This document shows, piece after piece, positions 9,563 through 19,131 of a stretch of 64,000 nt of DNA (position 1 is its first letter; every line of letters starts with the position of its first letter). The notes under the pieces were generated by a model, which worked only from the letters and a program-made list of their open reading frames with translations, was not told the DNA's origin and made no database searches. The position numbers and the translations under genes were made by a program. The stretch covers positions 140,191 to 204,190 of IMG/VR virus record IMGVR_UViG_3300049215_000529. One strand, given 5' to 3'.

Positions 9563-11013
9563 CGGATACAATGTTGTTGTTCTGGTCCACTTGGCGTATA
9601 TGTAATCAATTCTTCATTATATAGTGACCCGCCTGTTTTAGCCCAAACACTATGTGCTGGGTTAATATTCTTCTTGGTATAGAAGTGAGACTGTTGCGTG
9701 ATCTTTTGATTTCCAAAAGCCACATCTGCTAAAAAGAGATATGCTGTTTTATTTGTTCCTTGAGCCCAGTAGCTACCTCTAACATCACAATAATTCATAC
9801 TCTTGGTAGAATTGGTTGCCCAGTAGATTCCATCCCCAAATGCAGACCCAGCATGGATAACGCCAGAAGGACGAATCAAAAGACCTTTGGTTGTGATACC
9901 AATCATGTTTGCACGACGAGTACCGTGCCATGCAGGAAGAACGTTTGCCTTCTTATAAAGGGCATCCATTTCTTTGGTAATGTCAATACGTTCTTTTACC
10001 CACTTAGCATATACTTCAGAAGGAGTGTATTTGCCACATTCCTTAGCAATCTTCTCGGAAGCTTCCATCCAATGCTTGTCTTCATCGTGACGAGCAACAC
10101 GGAAAACTTTATGAGTCTTTAGTTTGCCCAAGCCACCATGATTGCTTGCACGGGTACCATGTAGCATGTTATCAATCCACTTGAACACCGGATCGGAAGG
10201 ATCAACGTACTCCAAATCAGCTTTCAAAGTCGCATACTGCGAATCTACTGCGCTCTTCTTGGAGATAACTGCTTGAACGTTCTTTGCGTCAGCAAAGACG
10301 TCGAGAATGTCGAAAGCTTTATTGAGCTTATCGTCGTCGTCCAAACGTAATACGTCAGCATCAATCTTACGAGGGAGGACGTGAGGAATGTTAGAGTAGT
10401 ATTGGCTGGTAAGCTTATTCAACTCCTTGACGTCAGGCTTCTTGACGTGGATTTGCTTACGAGCTTCATCCAGAATTTGTTTGGCGAAATCAATTTGGGT
10501 TAACGACAATTGACCCAATGGACACTTGTTGGTATCAAGGTTCAATTCAACGAACTCTTGTGTAACGCCGAACCAAGTACGAACTAAGTCCTGCACTTGC
10601 GCATGAAGTTTACTAGCCGATTCGTCTTTCTCAGTGACAGTTGCGCCCAATCGTTTGAGAGCTTCCACAGAAACGGTAGAGTCTACTTTAGATTTACCCA
10701 TATCAGAGCCAACGTCAGCCTTAACCAACTTGACTTCAACATAGCCCTTTTTGGTTTTGGACTTGATAATCTTCTCGGCTTCTTTTTCGGCATCAGCCTT
10801 ATCTTCGCAGACACGATACTCTTTGGCGCCAGAAACACCAACACGCCCATACTGCGTATAGATATAGTACTTACCATCATTGGATTCAATCAACTCCAAG
10901 TTGTAATACTTGTTATTGTTATTGATGATGTCAGTAAAATTTAGAGTATAACGCTTAAAAACGTCTTTGATGGAAACTTGAAGTTCATCTTCTCTGATAA
11001 CAGGCTTAGCCAT
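9529..11013 (-). CDS. PARP-like ADP-ribosyltransferase (WGR + helical regulatory + catalytic domains)
   Basis: QYGRVG (WGR), LTSQYYSNIPH (regulatory), and WHGT...GDGIYWA...YNEELI (H-Y-E triad). Start taken at MAKPVIR. Confidence 0.92.
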   Translation of the reverse strand: MAKPVIREDELQVSIKDVFKRYTLNFTDIINNNNKYYNLELIESNDGKYYIYTQYGRVGVSGAKEYRVCEDKADAEKEAEKIIKSKTKKGYVEVKLVKADVGSDMGKSKVDSTVSVEALKRLGATVTEKDESASKLHAQVQDLVRTWFGVTQEFVELNLDTNKCPLGQLSLTQIDFAKQILDEARKQIHVKKPDVKELNKLTSQYYSNIPHVLPRKIDADVLRLDDDDKLNKAFDILDVFADAKNVQAVISKKSAVDSQYATLKADLEYVDPSDPVFKWIDNMLHGTRASNHGGLGKLKTHKVFRVARHDEDKHWMEASEKIAKECGKYTPSEVYAKWVKERIDITKEMDALYKKANVLPAWHGTRRANMIGITTKGLLIRPSGVIHAGSAFGDGIYWATNSTKSMNYCDVRGSYWAQGTNKTAYLFLADVAFGNQKITQQSHFYTKKNINPAHSVWAKTGGSLYNEELITYTPSGPEQQHCIRYIIEFETQAK

Positions 11014-11377
11014 TTTTAACCTTGGTTCGTTTACGTGGTTGAGGTGCCTCAAGTGGAGGCTCGGGCTCTGACGCCAGTGGCGCCGTGAGCCTCGTCAAAA
11101 TCAAGTCCATTATAAGGCTGATCATGCCGCCAGCAAGACCCCAGCAAATTAATAAATTGAGGCTCCATATTTTTTCGTGCAATAAATAGACGAACCAACC
11201 ACAATGGAAACCAAGGCAGAAATAACAATCCAGTAATTTATAAAAGAATGTACCCACATGAGGGTTTTTAAAGAGTTCATTACGGGCTCTTGCCATCAAA
11301 CCCCAGGGACCGTCTGATTCTTTAATAAAGAAAGCTAGACCAAAAATGGCACCAACAACAATTATGAAATCCAACAT
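11006..11377 (-). CDS. DUF1360-like membrane protein
   Basis: Hydrophobic segments and an LLDCYFCLGFH motif. Confidence 0.55.
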   Translation of the reverse strand: MLDFIIVVGAIFGLAFFIKESDGPWGLMARARNELFKNPHVGTFFYKLLDCYFCLGFHCGWFVYLLHEKIWSLNLLICWGLAGGMISLIMDLILTRLTAPLASEPEPPLEAPQPRKRTKVKNG

Positions 11378-11380
11378 TTA

Positions 11381-12034
11381 TTACACTCGATTCATGCAGT
11401 CAGTATAATCCAATACAGTGTCACCATATTGAACCTTTTGATACACATTAAAAGACTTCGCCGTGTATCCTCTGCCCTCTTGATCGCGAATAAAACTCCT
11501 CAATCGTGGAGAGGCTTTCATATCATACTTCTTCAATGCAACCAAAGATTTAGAAACACAAAGATACGGGTATGGATTGGGCTCGTAAACAATATCAAGA
11601 ACCCTTGATTCCATTGCTTTAGTAAAGCCTTTGTCCAAAATTGCTTTATCATCTAGGCAATAAGCAACAGCATCTACATTCAAGAAGACTGTCTGTGGAA
11701 TGGTCTCTAATTTTTTAGAGAATTTGGGATCATTTCCAAATGCCCAAGTAGAATCCAGATTCCAAATATCAAATTCAACCTTGTCAAGAGTTAACTTGTA
11801 GCCGCCAAAACGATTCTTTTTGGCTTTGTATTTAATCAAAGCATCTAAAGCCTGAGATGGACAGTCAACTACTACATCAATGTCACGAGGTTGATTACCA
11901 AAAGACCAATCTCTAACCGCACCACCGAAGACTGCTGCCTTCCCCCAACTCTTAACCTCTTCTAACAGCTGAGAAATTTTAGGATTCTCACAAAGCTTTA
12001 CCAAATTTGACTGAGTTGATTCTGCTAAATTCAT
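11381..12034 (-). CDS. Class II nucleotidyltransferase (CCA-adding/poly(A) polymerase head-like)
   Basis: VFGGAVRD...PRDIDVV motif A; short, lacks the long C-terminal region. Confidence 0.8.
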   Translation of the reverse strand: MNLAESTQSNLVKLCENPKISQLLEEVKSWGKAAVFGGAVRDWSFGNQPRDIDVVVDCPSQALDALIKYKAKKNRFGGYKLTLDKVEFDIWNLDSTWAFGNDPKFSKKLETIPQTVFLNVDAVAYCLDDKAILDKGFTKAMESRVLDIVYEPNPYPYLCVSKSLVALKKYDMKASPRLRSFIRDQEGRGYTAKSFNVYQKVQYGDTVLDYTDCMNRV

Positions 12035-12372
12035 CTATGATGCCCTCCATGAAAGTTTCCTCGATATCCTCCACCACTACGACCATACCAACCACGATGA
12101 TAGTATTCGTGATATCTTGGAAAGCCTCCACGATAATAACTACCATGCCACCAATAACCGTGTGGTCCAATCCAAGCACTGAAATGCGTGTCCCAATAAA
12201 CAACTCCATCAGGAGTTTCATAATATTGTACATTACATAATTCGCGGCAACCATAATCATCGCAAATAGTAGTACAACCATATTGATATGCGATGTTTGG
12301 ATTGGATGGATCGATAACGTATTCCGCACATCCAGACAAAATCATAATCAAGCTAAACAAAAAATACTTCAT
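12031..12372 (-). CDS. Putative lipoprotein with Gly/Tyr/His/Arg-rich tail
   Basis: Signal peptide with LSGC lipobox. Confidence 0.65.
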   Translation of the reverse strand: MKYFLFSLIMILSGCAEYVIDPSNPNIAYQYGCTTICDDYGCRELCNVQYYETPDGVVYWDTHFSAWIGPHGYWWHGSYYRGGFPRYHEYYHRGWYGRSGGGYRGNFHGGHHR

Positions 12373-12373
12373 C

Positions 12374-13192
12374 TTAGCTCCCCATAGTAGAAAGAATGAT
12401 TAGTTCATTCTTATGTTTCCAATTTTCTTTCTTACCATTGATGCAATAGCGGGCGGCTAGGTCAATAACTTGCTTTGACTTATACATCTGCCGCGTCTCA
12501 TAACAGTCATCGTAAGAAAGAACCCAATTGGTTCTGTTTTCTAGAATCTTTGCCAGATTTTCATGCTCCTGGGGCTTCATAGTCTCATGATAAAGGATGT
12601 TTCCTTTGACGAAATATGGCGGGTCTAAGTAGACTGGCATGCTCATCTGAGTCAGCACAGGATAAGTCGCCACATCTTGATTGTCAACCGTAGTGCGCCC
12701 TGCTAATAATTTGTGGCAGTGCAGTATTTTTGCCTTTAGTTTCTTGTAGTTATAGCGACAGTCAACTGTATATTTCGATTTTTGATCTTTACCACCGATG
12801 GGTCCGCTATAAAAGATACCTGAAAAGGTGGTTCGATTGAAGAAGATAGCCTTGTAGGCACACTTAATTTCGTCCCGTGTATCCTCTTCACGTAATTTAT
12901 AAAATAGTTCTAGCGTCGGGACAGCCTCCATGAGCTTCAGCAGCTGGTCCAATTTATTGGTATCTGTGTCAGCCACGACCTTCCAGAAGCAATACATCCA
13001 ATAATCTTTGTCATTGGCATACAATTGAACCTTAGGATACTTACGAGCAACCTCTAGAAGTACCGAACCCCCACCCACAAACACATCTGCAAAAGAACTC
13101 TGACCTTCCATCATCTTATCCATATGTTCCATCAGTATCGGCAGTAGCTTATTTTTGGAACCAGGATATCGGAAGGGAGTTATAGTTGCCAT
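12374..13192 (-). CDS. dam: Dam-like N6-adenine DNA methyltransferase (D12 class)
   Basis: FRYPGSK, DVFVGGGSV and YLDPPY motifs. Confidence 0.9.
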   Translation of the reverse strand: MATITPFRYPGSKNKLLPILMEHMDKMMEGQSSFADVFVGGGSVLLEVARKYPKVQLYANDKDYWMYCFWKVVADTDTNKLDQLLKLMEAVPTLELFYKLREEDTRDEIKCAYKAIFFNRTTFSGIFYSGPIGGKDQKSKYTVDCRYNYKKLKAKILHCHKLLAGRTTVDNQDVATYPVLTQMSMPVYLDPPYFVKGNILYHETMKPQEHENLAKILENRTNWVLSYDDCYETRQMYKSKQVIDLAARYCINGKKENWKHKNELIILSTMGS

Positions 13193-13800
13193 AATTCGTT
13201 AGGATGCTTTAATAGGTCGTCGCAATATACGGCGACTTTGTTTCCGCGCAAGGACTGCTTCTTCATTTCTTTGAAAAGCTTCTTATCGTGCAACCATTGC
13301 ACTTTAACAATAGCTCTGATTGTACCAAATCTTTTTGGTACATTCAAAGAAACAAACGCTACATAGTGATTTGGATCAACTTCTTTAAAGACTCCAGTAT
13401 CACAATCATATTTTCCGCCATTACCAAATTGAAAAACCCAAGACTCACCGAAGCTGAGGGCAGATTCAATGTCTTGGGACTTGACAGCAACACGAATAGA
13501 CGAGCCAGTATCACTCAAATCAGGTGACCATGACTTATCTCTCTTATCATAAATGTTATGATCGGGTTTAGATAAGTTGGGAAGCGTAGCTACTAGCTTT
13601 TCGTAGACACCCTCTTCACCAATCTTGCCGTTTCGAATATCTTTGACAATCTTTTCTACATCAAACTGATTGCGTCTAGCATATTTGTCAGCGCTCGTAT
13701 TGACCGAAGCCTTGGCAAAGGTAACACACCTATCATAAACACCAGCATTAATTAAAAATTTTGGATCACTTATCGTCATGGAAACATCCTCTGACGACAT
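13180..13800 (-). CDS. Hypothetical protein, possible PD-(D/E)XK nuclease
   Basis: GKIGEEGVY helix, then PDL...VAVKS pattern; overlaps the MTase. Confidence 0.45.
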   Translation of the reverse strand: MSSEDVSMTISDPKFLINAGVYDRCVTFAKASVNTSADKYARRNQFDVEKIVKDIRNGKIGEEGVYEKLVATLPNLSKPDHNIYDKRDKSWSPDLSDTGSSIRVAVKSQDIESALSFGESWVFQFGNGGKYDCDTGVFKEVDPNHYVAFVSLNVPKRFGTIRAIVKVQWLHDKKLFKEMKKQSLRGNKVAVYCDDLLKHPNELWQL

Positions 13801-13812
13801 ATACCGGCAGTC

Positions 13813-14073
13813 TTAGCCGTATTTTCTACAAGAATAACAAATCATAGAGCCATCTTTTTGATTAGGCTCAGCATATGGGTAAAGCTCTTTGCATTTTTTA
13901 CAAACACAACCTTCAGAATTCTTCTTTGGTTCCAAGTCTTTAATAAAATCAAAATCAAATGACTCTCCAAATGCCCAAGAATCATTGTCATCTTGACATT
14001 TTTGAACGTTCTGATGCATTGAACCAGAGTCAAGATCTATTAAATCCATTCCCATCATACATAAATAACACAT
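13813..14073 (-). CDS. Small Cys-rich, zinc-binding-like protein
   Basis: CYLC, CKKC and CYSC motifs. Confidence 0.55.
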   Translation of the reverse strand: MCYLCMMGMDLIDLDSGSMHQNVQKCQDDNDSWAFGESFDFDFIKDLEPKKNSEGCVCKKCKELYPYAEPNQKDGSMICYSCRKYG

Positions 14074-14115
14074 TAAGTTGTCCTTTGTCTAGGTTTATGT
14101 ATTGTAAGTAGCAGG

Positions 14116-14922
14116 TTAAATAAAGATATGTTCTTCATTCCTTACTGAATCATAGTACTTGGCGTTATTAACCTTGCATTCAATGTTACGAGAGACGTGA
14201 ATCCAGCAATCTGTATGAGTGTGTCCTGCCAAAACTGTAACATTTCTCTTCTTACGCTCACTCATAACCTTCTCAATAGCCTTTCCCAGCCTCAAATTGA
14301 CATTATAAGGCAAGAAATATGGTTCCAGCAACGTTCCTTCATCACGAGTTGCTTCCTTCCAAGGAGGAAAGTGAGTGAGAATGTAGATGGTTTTGTAGTC
14401 TTGCTCTAGAGCTTTCTCTAACTTGTCCGCTAAAATTTCACAGCTTTGGTCTGCAAGGCTGCGAAAACGGTCGATGCAAGCATTAAAATCGGGCAGTTTC
14501 CTAAAATCTTCAGTCAAAAACCAATCAAAAGAGACTCTAAGATAGTTTGGGTTGCCCATTTGGGCATCATACCATCCCTCAGTCCCAATGATTGCGACCT
14601 CTGGTGTCAATGAAATAACGTCAGAGCCGGTTAACCAAACTAGATTAGGATACTTTTTGCACAGCGCTCGGATCTTTTTATGCTGTTTAGAGATACTAGT
14701 GAAGTGATAATCGTGATTGCCAAGTACAAAATAGATTGGACACTTGATAAACCGGGCTAATAACTTCAAATGCCAACATGTTAGGATGCCATTCGAGATA
14801 TCTCCGGTAAGAAAAATTCCTTTGGGCTTTTCTTTCTTAATGTGTCTAATAAATTTAATCAGCGTCCAAGGCGCTACCTTATCAAGATGAGTGTCTGTGT
14901 ACCAAAGATATTTGTCCTTCAT
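14116..14922 (-). CDS. Icc/CpdA-like metallophosphoesterase
   Basis: TDTHL, LTGDI, LGNHD, LTHFPP and AGHTH motifs. Confidence 0.88.
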   Translation of the reverse strand: MKDKYLWYTDTHLDKVAPWTLIKFIRHIKKEKPKGIFLTGDISNGILTCWHLKLLARFIKCPIYFVLGNHDYHFTSISKQHKKIRALCKKYPNLVWLTGSDVISLTPEVAIIGTEGWYDAQMGNPNYLRVSFDWFLTEDFRKLPDFNACIDRFRSLADQSCEILADKLEKALEQDYKTIYILTHFPPWKEATRDEGTLLEPYFLPYNVNLRLGKAIEKVMSERKKRNVTVLAGHTHTDCWIHVSRNIECKVNNAKYYDSVRNEEHIFI

Positions 14923-14975
14923 GCTTACACTCTATGCTGAAAACGGCAGATCACTACAAGAAAGTTACTTATTTG

Positions 14976-16850
14976 TTACTTGACCAAATCCAAAAACTCT
15001 TCTTCCGAAATCAAGTTAGTGCCCAGCTTACGTGCAGCTTGCGCCTTTGAACTTGTGCTGCTAGGGTCAGCAATTACCAAGTAGGTAAGTCCTTTGCCCA
15101 CAGAACTCTTAACATCAGCACCAGCCTCAGCCGCCATCTTCTCCAAGAGTGGGCGCTTGTTCTTCATAGCGCCAGTGAAACAGACTGACTTGCCAGTCAT
15201 ATTACCAATTATTTTGGCTTTGACCTCTACTCCATTGTTAAGTAAGTCCAAAATCAATTTCTGATTGTGTCGCAAACCATCTGCCAAGAACTTTGCCTTG
15301 GTCGGACCAACACCCGGCACTTGTTCAAAGGCTTCGGCATTGAGTTGCCCAAACTTCTCTAGTGTATCACAGCCCGCGTTCATGATTGCCTTGATTGTGC
15401 TTTGACCAATCATCGGAATACTAAGGGCTCCAAGCAAAACTTCCAGACCAATCTCTTTGTTAGCCCATAGAATGTCCAAACACTTCTGCGCGGTCTTGTC
15501 CCCCAAGCGATCTAGCTCAGAGATATCTGTTAGCTTCAAGGTGTATAGGTCAGCAACTGTAGTAACCTTCTTGGCATCCACTAGTTTCTCAACCAAAGAA
15601 TCGCCCCACTCAAGTAGATTAAGCTCTTTGACCCAGTTCTTGATACGACCAATGACCTGTGCACGGCAACGTTTAGTGTTGCCACACATCAAATTCTCAC
15701 CATCCATCTTGGTCAGACCGCCACATTCAGGGCAGAAGTGAGGCGCCTTGGCAACTTTGCCAGTACCCTTGACCAACTCTTCAATGCGAGGGATAACATC
15801 ATTGGCTCGGGCAACCAAAACAGTTGCGCCGATATCCAACTTCAACTCTTCAATGTATGACATATTGTAGATGCTAGCTCGGGTGACTGTCGCGCCCACT
15901 AGTTGCACAGGATCAACCACAGCAACCGGAGTAATACGTCCGCTGTTACCTACTTGCCAAATGATATCACGAATGACTGACTCGCGAGCTTCGTTATCAA
16001 ACTTGAAAGCAATAGCTCCCTTGGGTCGCATATCCTTGTCACCAAGTGCAAGTTGCTTCTCCATGTTGTCAACACGAATTACCAAGCCGTCGATATCGTA
16101 ATCCAACTTGTCACGCTTGTCATCTTGATACTCTCGCCAATGCTTATTGACCATATCAGCATTCTTCATTACCCACCAGTTGGGGGTATCGAGGTCTTGA
16201 TTGACGAGCCATACGAATTGCAACTGCTCATTACCAAAGTCTACATCGCCTAGCACCTGATAGAACATGATGTTGAGCTTATCAACACCTACGCCATCCA
16301 AGCGCTTGCTGGTACCAGAGGCTGCATTACGAGGATTAGCCTTGTCAGCAAAGTATTGCTTGTGGTTGCTCCTGGTCATGATAATTTCGCCACGCAAGGA
16401 ACCAGTAAACTTGTCTTTCAGATGAGACCGAACACCACCCATCTTAACAACGTTGACTGTAATGTCTTCACCAGTCTCGCCATCACCACGAGTAATGGCT
16501 TGTACGAGGCTACCCTTTTCGTAAATCAGCTCGATGGATAGACCGTCAAGCTTCTCAGTAACGAAAAGTTTGCCATCAGGGTAAGTATCTTCAACCCATT
16601 TGGACAGCTCGGCAGGTGTATTGACTTTATCCAATGAGCCCATGGGGATTTGATGCTTGGCTTTCTTCCATTCAGAAGGGACGATAGGAGCACCAATTGC
16701 AGTGACAGCCTTGCTGGTAGGGTCTAAAGTTCGCAATTCATCTACCCAGGCATCGTATACCTTATCCGAAACAGAGGGTTGATGGTTGTAATAATCAGTG
16801 CGGGCTTGGAAAATCTTGTTTTCTAGCTCTTTGATACGATCCTTCGTCAT
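14976..16850 (-). CDS. ligA: NAD+-dependent DNA ligase
   Basis: EKLDG, TRGDG, NPRNAASG, Zn finger, HhH and C-terminal BRCT. Confidence 0.97.
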   Translation of the reverse strand: MTKDRIKELENKIFQARTDYYNHQPSVSDKVYDAWVDELRTLDPTSKAVTAIGAPIVPSEWKKAKHQIPMGSLDKVNTPAELSKWVEDTYPDGKLFVTEKLDGLSIELIYEKGSLVQAITRGDGETGEDITVNVVKMGGVRSHLKDKFTGSLRGEIIMTRSNHKQYFADKANPRNAASGTSKRLDGVGVDKLNIMFYQVLGDVDFGNEQLQFVWLVNQDLDTPNWWVMKNADMVNKHWREYQDDKRDKLDYDIDGLVIRVDNMEKQLALGDKDMRPKGAIAFKFDNEARESVIRDIIWQVGNSGRITPVAVVDPVQLVGATVTRASIYNMSYIEELKLDIGATVLVARANDVIPRIEELVKGTGKVAKAPHFCPECGGLTKMDGENLMCGNTKRCRAQVIGRIKNWVKELNLLEWGDSLVEKLVDAKKVTTVADLYTLKLTDISELDRLGDKTAQKCLDILWANKEIGLEVLLGALSIPMIGQSTIKAIMNAGCDTLEKFGQLNAEAFEQVPGVGPTKAKFLADGLRHNQKLILDLLNNGVEVKAKIIGNMTGKSVCFTGAMKNKRPLLEKMAAEAGADVKSSVGKGLTYLVIADPSSTSSKAQAARKLGTNLISEEEFLDLVK

Positions 16851-16929
16851 TTTCTATCACCTTTTAGAGGCGGGTAAGTGCAATCCAGGTAAAAATCAGG
16901 GCTTCGGATACACCTTCCCTCGCCCATCA

Positions 16930-16958
16930 AATATAGGCATTCGCAGCGTCCATGTCAA
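16930..16958 (-). promoter_or_regulatory. Sigma70-like promoter for ligA
   Basis: TTGACA-N17-TATATT on the minus strand. Confidence 0.65.
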
Positions 16959-16978
16959 GTTGGCACGGATCTTGCCGG

Positions 16979-17518
16979 TTACTTTTCCTTGGGCTGCTTC
17001 ATGTACACGAATGGGGCTGCAACACCTGCACTAAAATGAGCGGCAGCCTCCAAAGCAACCTTCATTCTGTACTTGGGGTCCTTGCCTACAGTAGTATACA
17101 ATGAACCAAGAGCTAAATTAGAGCCACATCCAACTGCGGCATATTGATTGATTGGTTTGCCAACTTGGAAATCACTATCTACAGTATAGAGTGTACCCTT
17201 ATACCCCACTAAAAAGGAACCGCCAGAGGATTCTGTGCCATACCCATTTTCAACGAAACACTTAATGGCAGTATCGATGAAGTCAGTGACCATGTATTTC
17301 ATATCATCCATGTGCACCGTCTGTTTCGGCGGGCTAAGTTTGTATCTCAACAGTTGTCCCATACGAAATGAGGTTGTAAAGCCCATAATGAAAGGACCGT
17401 TGATAAATACCTTTTCGTCCGCTCTAAGAGTAATAGATAGCTCGCTTGCATTAACTCCAGCACTATCACCACCAATATACACGTTGCCTTTGTCTACTAA
17501 CCCAACAATACAAGTCAT
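16979..17518 (-). CDS. Ntn-hydrolase fold peptidase (HslV/proteasome-beta-like)
   Basis: N-terminal M-T-C-I-V-G with GGDS, plus AVGCGS motif. Confidence 0.7.
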   Translation of the reverse strand: MTCIVGLVDKGNVYIGGDSAGVNASELSITLRADEKVFINGPFIMGFTTSFRMGQLLRYKLSPPKQTVHMDDMKYMVTDFIDTAIKCFVENGYGTESSGGSFLVGYKGTLYTVDSDFQVGKPINQYAAVGCGSNLALGSLYTTVGKDPKYRMKVALEAAAHFSAGVAAPFVYMKQPKEK

Positions 17519-17528
17519 GTAATTTCCT

Positions 17529-18164
17529 TTATCCTACGGTCGGCTCCTGTAGCTCGATAATGGTACTATATCGAGTAATCAGGTGCCTTATTTCATCTCT
17601 TACTACAGTGATATTTGACAAATACATCGGAGGACAAATTTGCATCATCTGATCAAACAATGGAAAATACTTTTCCTTGGTTTCTTTAACTTGCTTTTTC
17701 TGGAATTCGGGAGTCGTTCCAGGAATCATTAAAGAACGTAGGTTGTCTAGGCGGTCGCAAGCCTTGAGGGCAAGTGCCTTCCAATTTTTACAGTTGTTTA
17801 GACGGTCAAGATATCCCTCTTTAGGGACCTTGCTCAGGACCTTGACTAAGGATACTACTTCGGTTCCAAAGCAATGCTCTAATAGTTCTGGCGACAGGTC
17901 CTGACAATCCTCGATAGAGTCGTGAAGTAAAGCTGCAATAATCATGTCTTTATCCATGATTTTCATTTCATCCATTAGGACAATGGCAACTCGGCGAACG
18001 TGCTCGAAATATCGAGTAGGTTTTCCGTCCGTAAGTTCTTTTCTAGTCTGGGCACGATGCCCGAATTTGGCTAGAGTATATGCGAGTTTGACGTCAAGCT
18101 GATCCGAAGGGCTAAAGTAAGGTCTAATTCTGGATTGAAACGTTTCTTTATTTTCGGTTGCCAT
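17529..18164 (-). CDS. RelA/SpoT-type HD hydrolase (small alarmone hydrolase, Mesh1-like)
   Basis: [18 protein letters not shown] and [10 protein letters not shown] motifs. Confidence 0.88.
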   Translation of the reverse strand: MATENKETFQSRIRPYFSPSDQLDVKLAYTLAKFGHRAQTRKELTDGKPTRYFEHVRRVAIVLMDEMKIMDKDMIIAALLHDSIEDCQDLSPELLEHCFGTEVVSLVKVLSKVPKEGYLDRLNNCKNWKALALKACDRLDNLRSLMIPGTTPEFQKKQVKETKEKYFPLFDQMMQICPPMYLSNITVVRDEIRHLITRYSTIIELQEPTVG

Positions 18165-18732
18165 ATAATTCAATTATCTCCTCAGCATATTTTAGTAAAT
18201 CTTCTATTCTTTTACCGCAGGGCTGTTTTGTGCTCCAAAGTTCAAGATTTTCTAGCCTGTTATCATCCCTGTTGCCATTTTTATGATGAACATTCTCACT
18301 TTTTAAAAGAGATCTGCCCAAATATTTTTCCATAACGTATCTGTGTTCAAGAATATATTTACCATCTCTATATACTTTTCGGTAACCACCAGATTTTATT
18401 GAGCCATCTCTACCAGATTTATCAAACCTTTTGGTTCCTCTTAAAGGAATATTGTGCTCTTTTAATACAATGTACAGCTGTTCAGAACAGATTTTGAACT
18501 TGTTTTTGATTTGATTTATAGTATTTTTCTTATCAAGATACAAATTAATCAATTTAGTTTTTTCACCTGGTTTCCACTGCCTTTGATTGTGAGCAATTCT
18601 AGTTGGCTTATCAGTAGTTCCGTGACGTTTCCAGCGCCTATAATGCAAATCACATAAATCTCGCGCTACAACTTTTTTATTACAATCTGGTATATTACAA
18701 AACCTCATACAAGTATGGGGCAATATTACCAT
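18148..18732 (-). CDS. HNH homing endonuclease
   Basis: [12 protein letters not shown]...[19 protein letters not shown]; N-terminal Zn motif. Confidence 0.9.
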   Translation of the reverse strand: MVILPHTCMRFCNIPDCNKKVVARDLCDLHYRRWKRHGTTDKPTRIAHNQRQWKPGEKTKLINLYLDKKNTINQIKNKFKICSEQLYIVLKEHNIPLRGTKRFDKSGRDGSIKSGGYRKVYRDGKYILEHRYVMEKYLGRSLLKSENVHHKNGNRDDNRLENLELWSTKQPCGKRIEDLLKYAEEIIELYGNRK

Positions 18733-18795
18733 AATTACGGACTATAATCCAGTCTCCATCTCTAGCCTATTTTTAATATAACCACTGCGCGCCCT

Positions 18796-19131
18796 TTAAT
18801 CAAGCTCGGTGGAGGCATCGCAATCTTTTTCGTCCTGCCATATTTTTAAAGCATCAGCACGTGATATCTTAAAGTGTCTAAGAAGAGCCTCTAATAAAAT
18901 ATAGTCATTTGCCTCTTCTTTACGACAAATACAACAGCTATATCTTGTGTTATCGTAATCATCATCGTTCTCATCATTATTTTCGTCCTCACCCTCTTCT
19001 TCGTCTAAGGGTTGTGGGTCAGCACATTTGTTTGAACAAAATTGATTGGAACATTCTTCGCAGAAATAGTAGTTTCCACAATCAGGAAAGTTACGACTAC
19101 AATTTGCACATGTATAAAAATCAACACCCAT
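18796..19131 (-). CDS. Cys-rich zinc-finger-like protein with acidic linker
   Basis: CANC, CEEC and CCIC motifs. Confidence 0.6.
   Translation of the reverse strand: MGVDFYTCANCSRNFPDCGNYYFCEECSNQFCSNKCADPQPLDEEEGEDENNDENDDDYDNTRYSCCICRKEEANDYILLEALLRHFKISRADALKIWQDEKDCDASTELD

Noticed and set aside
16851-16929. Structured leader or riboswitch upstream of ligA
   Set aside because: Some GC-rich pairing potential, but no recognisable riboswitch consensus.
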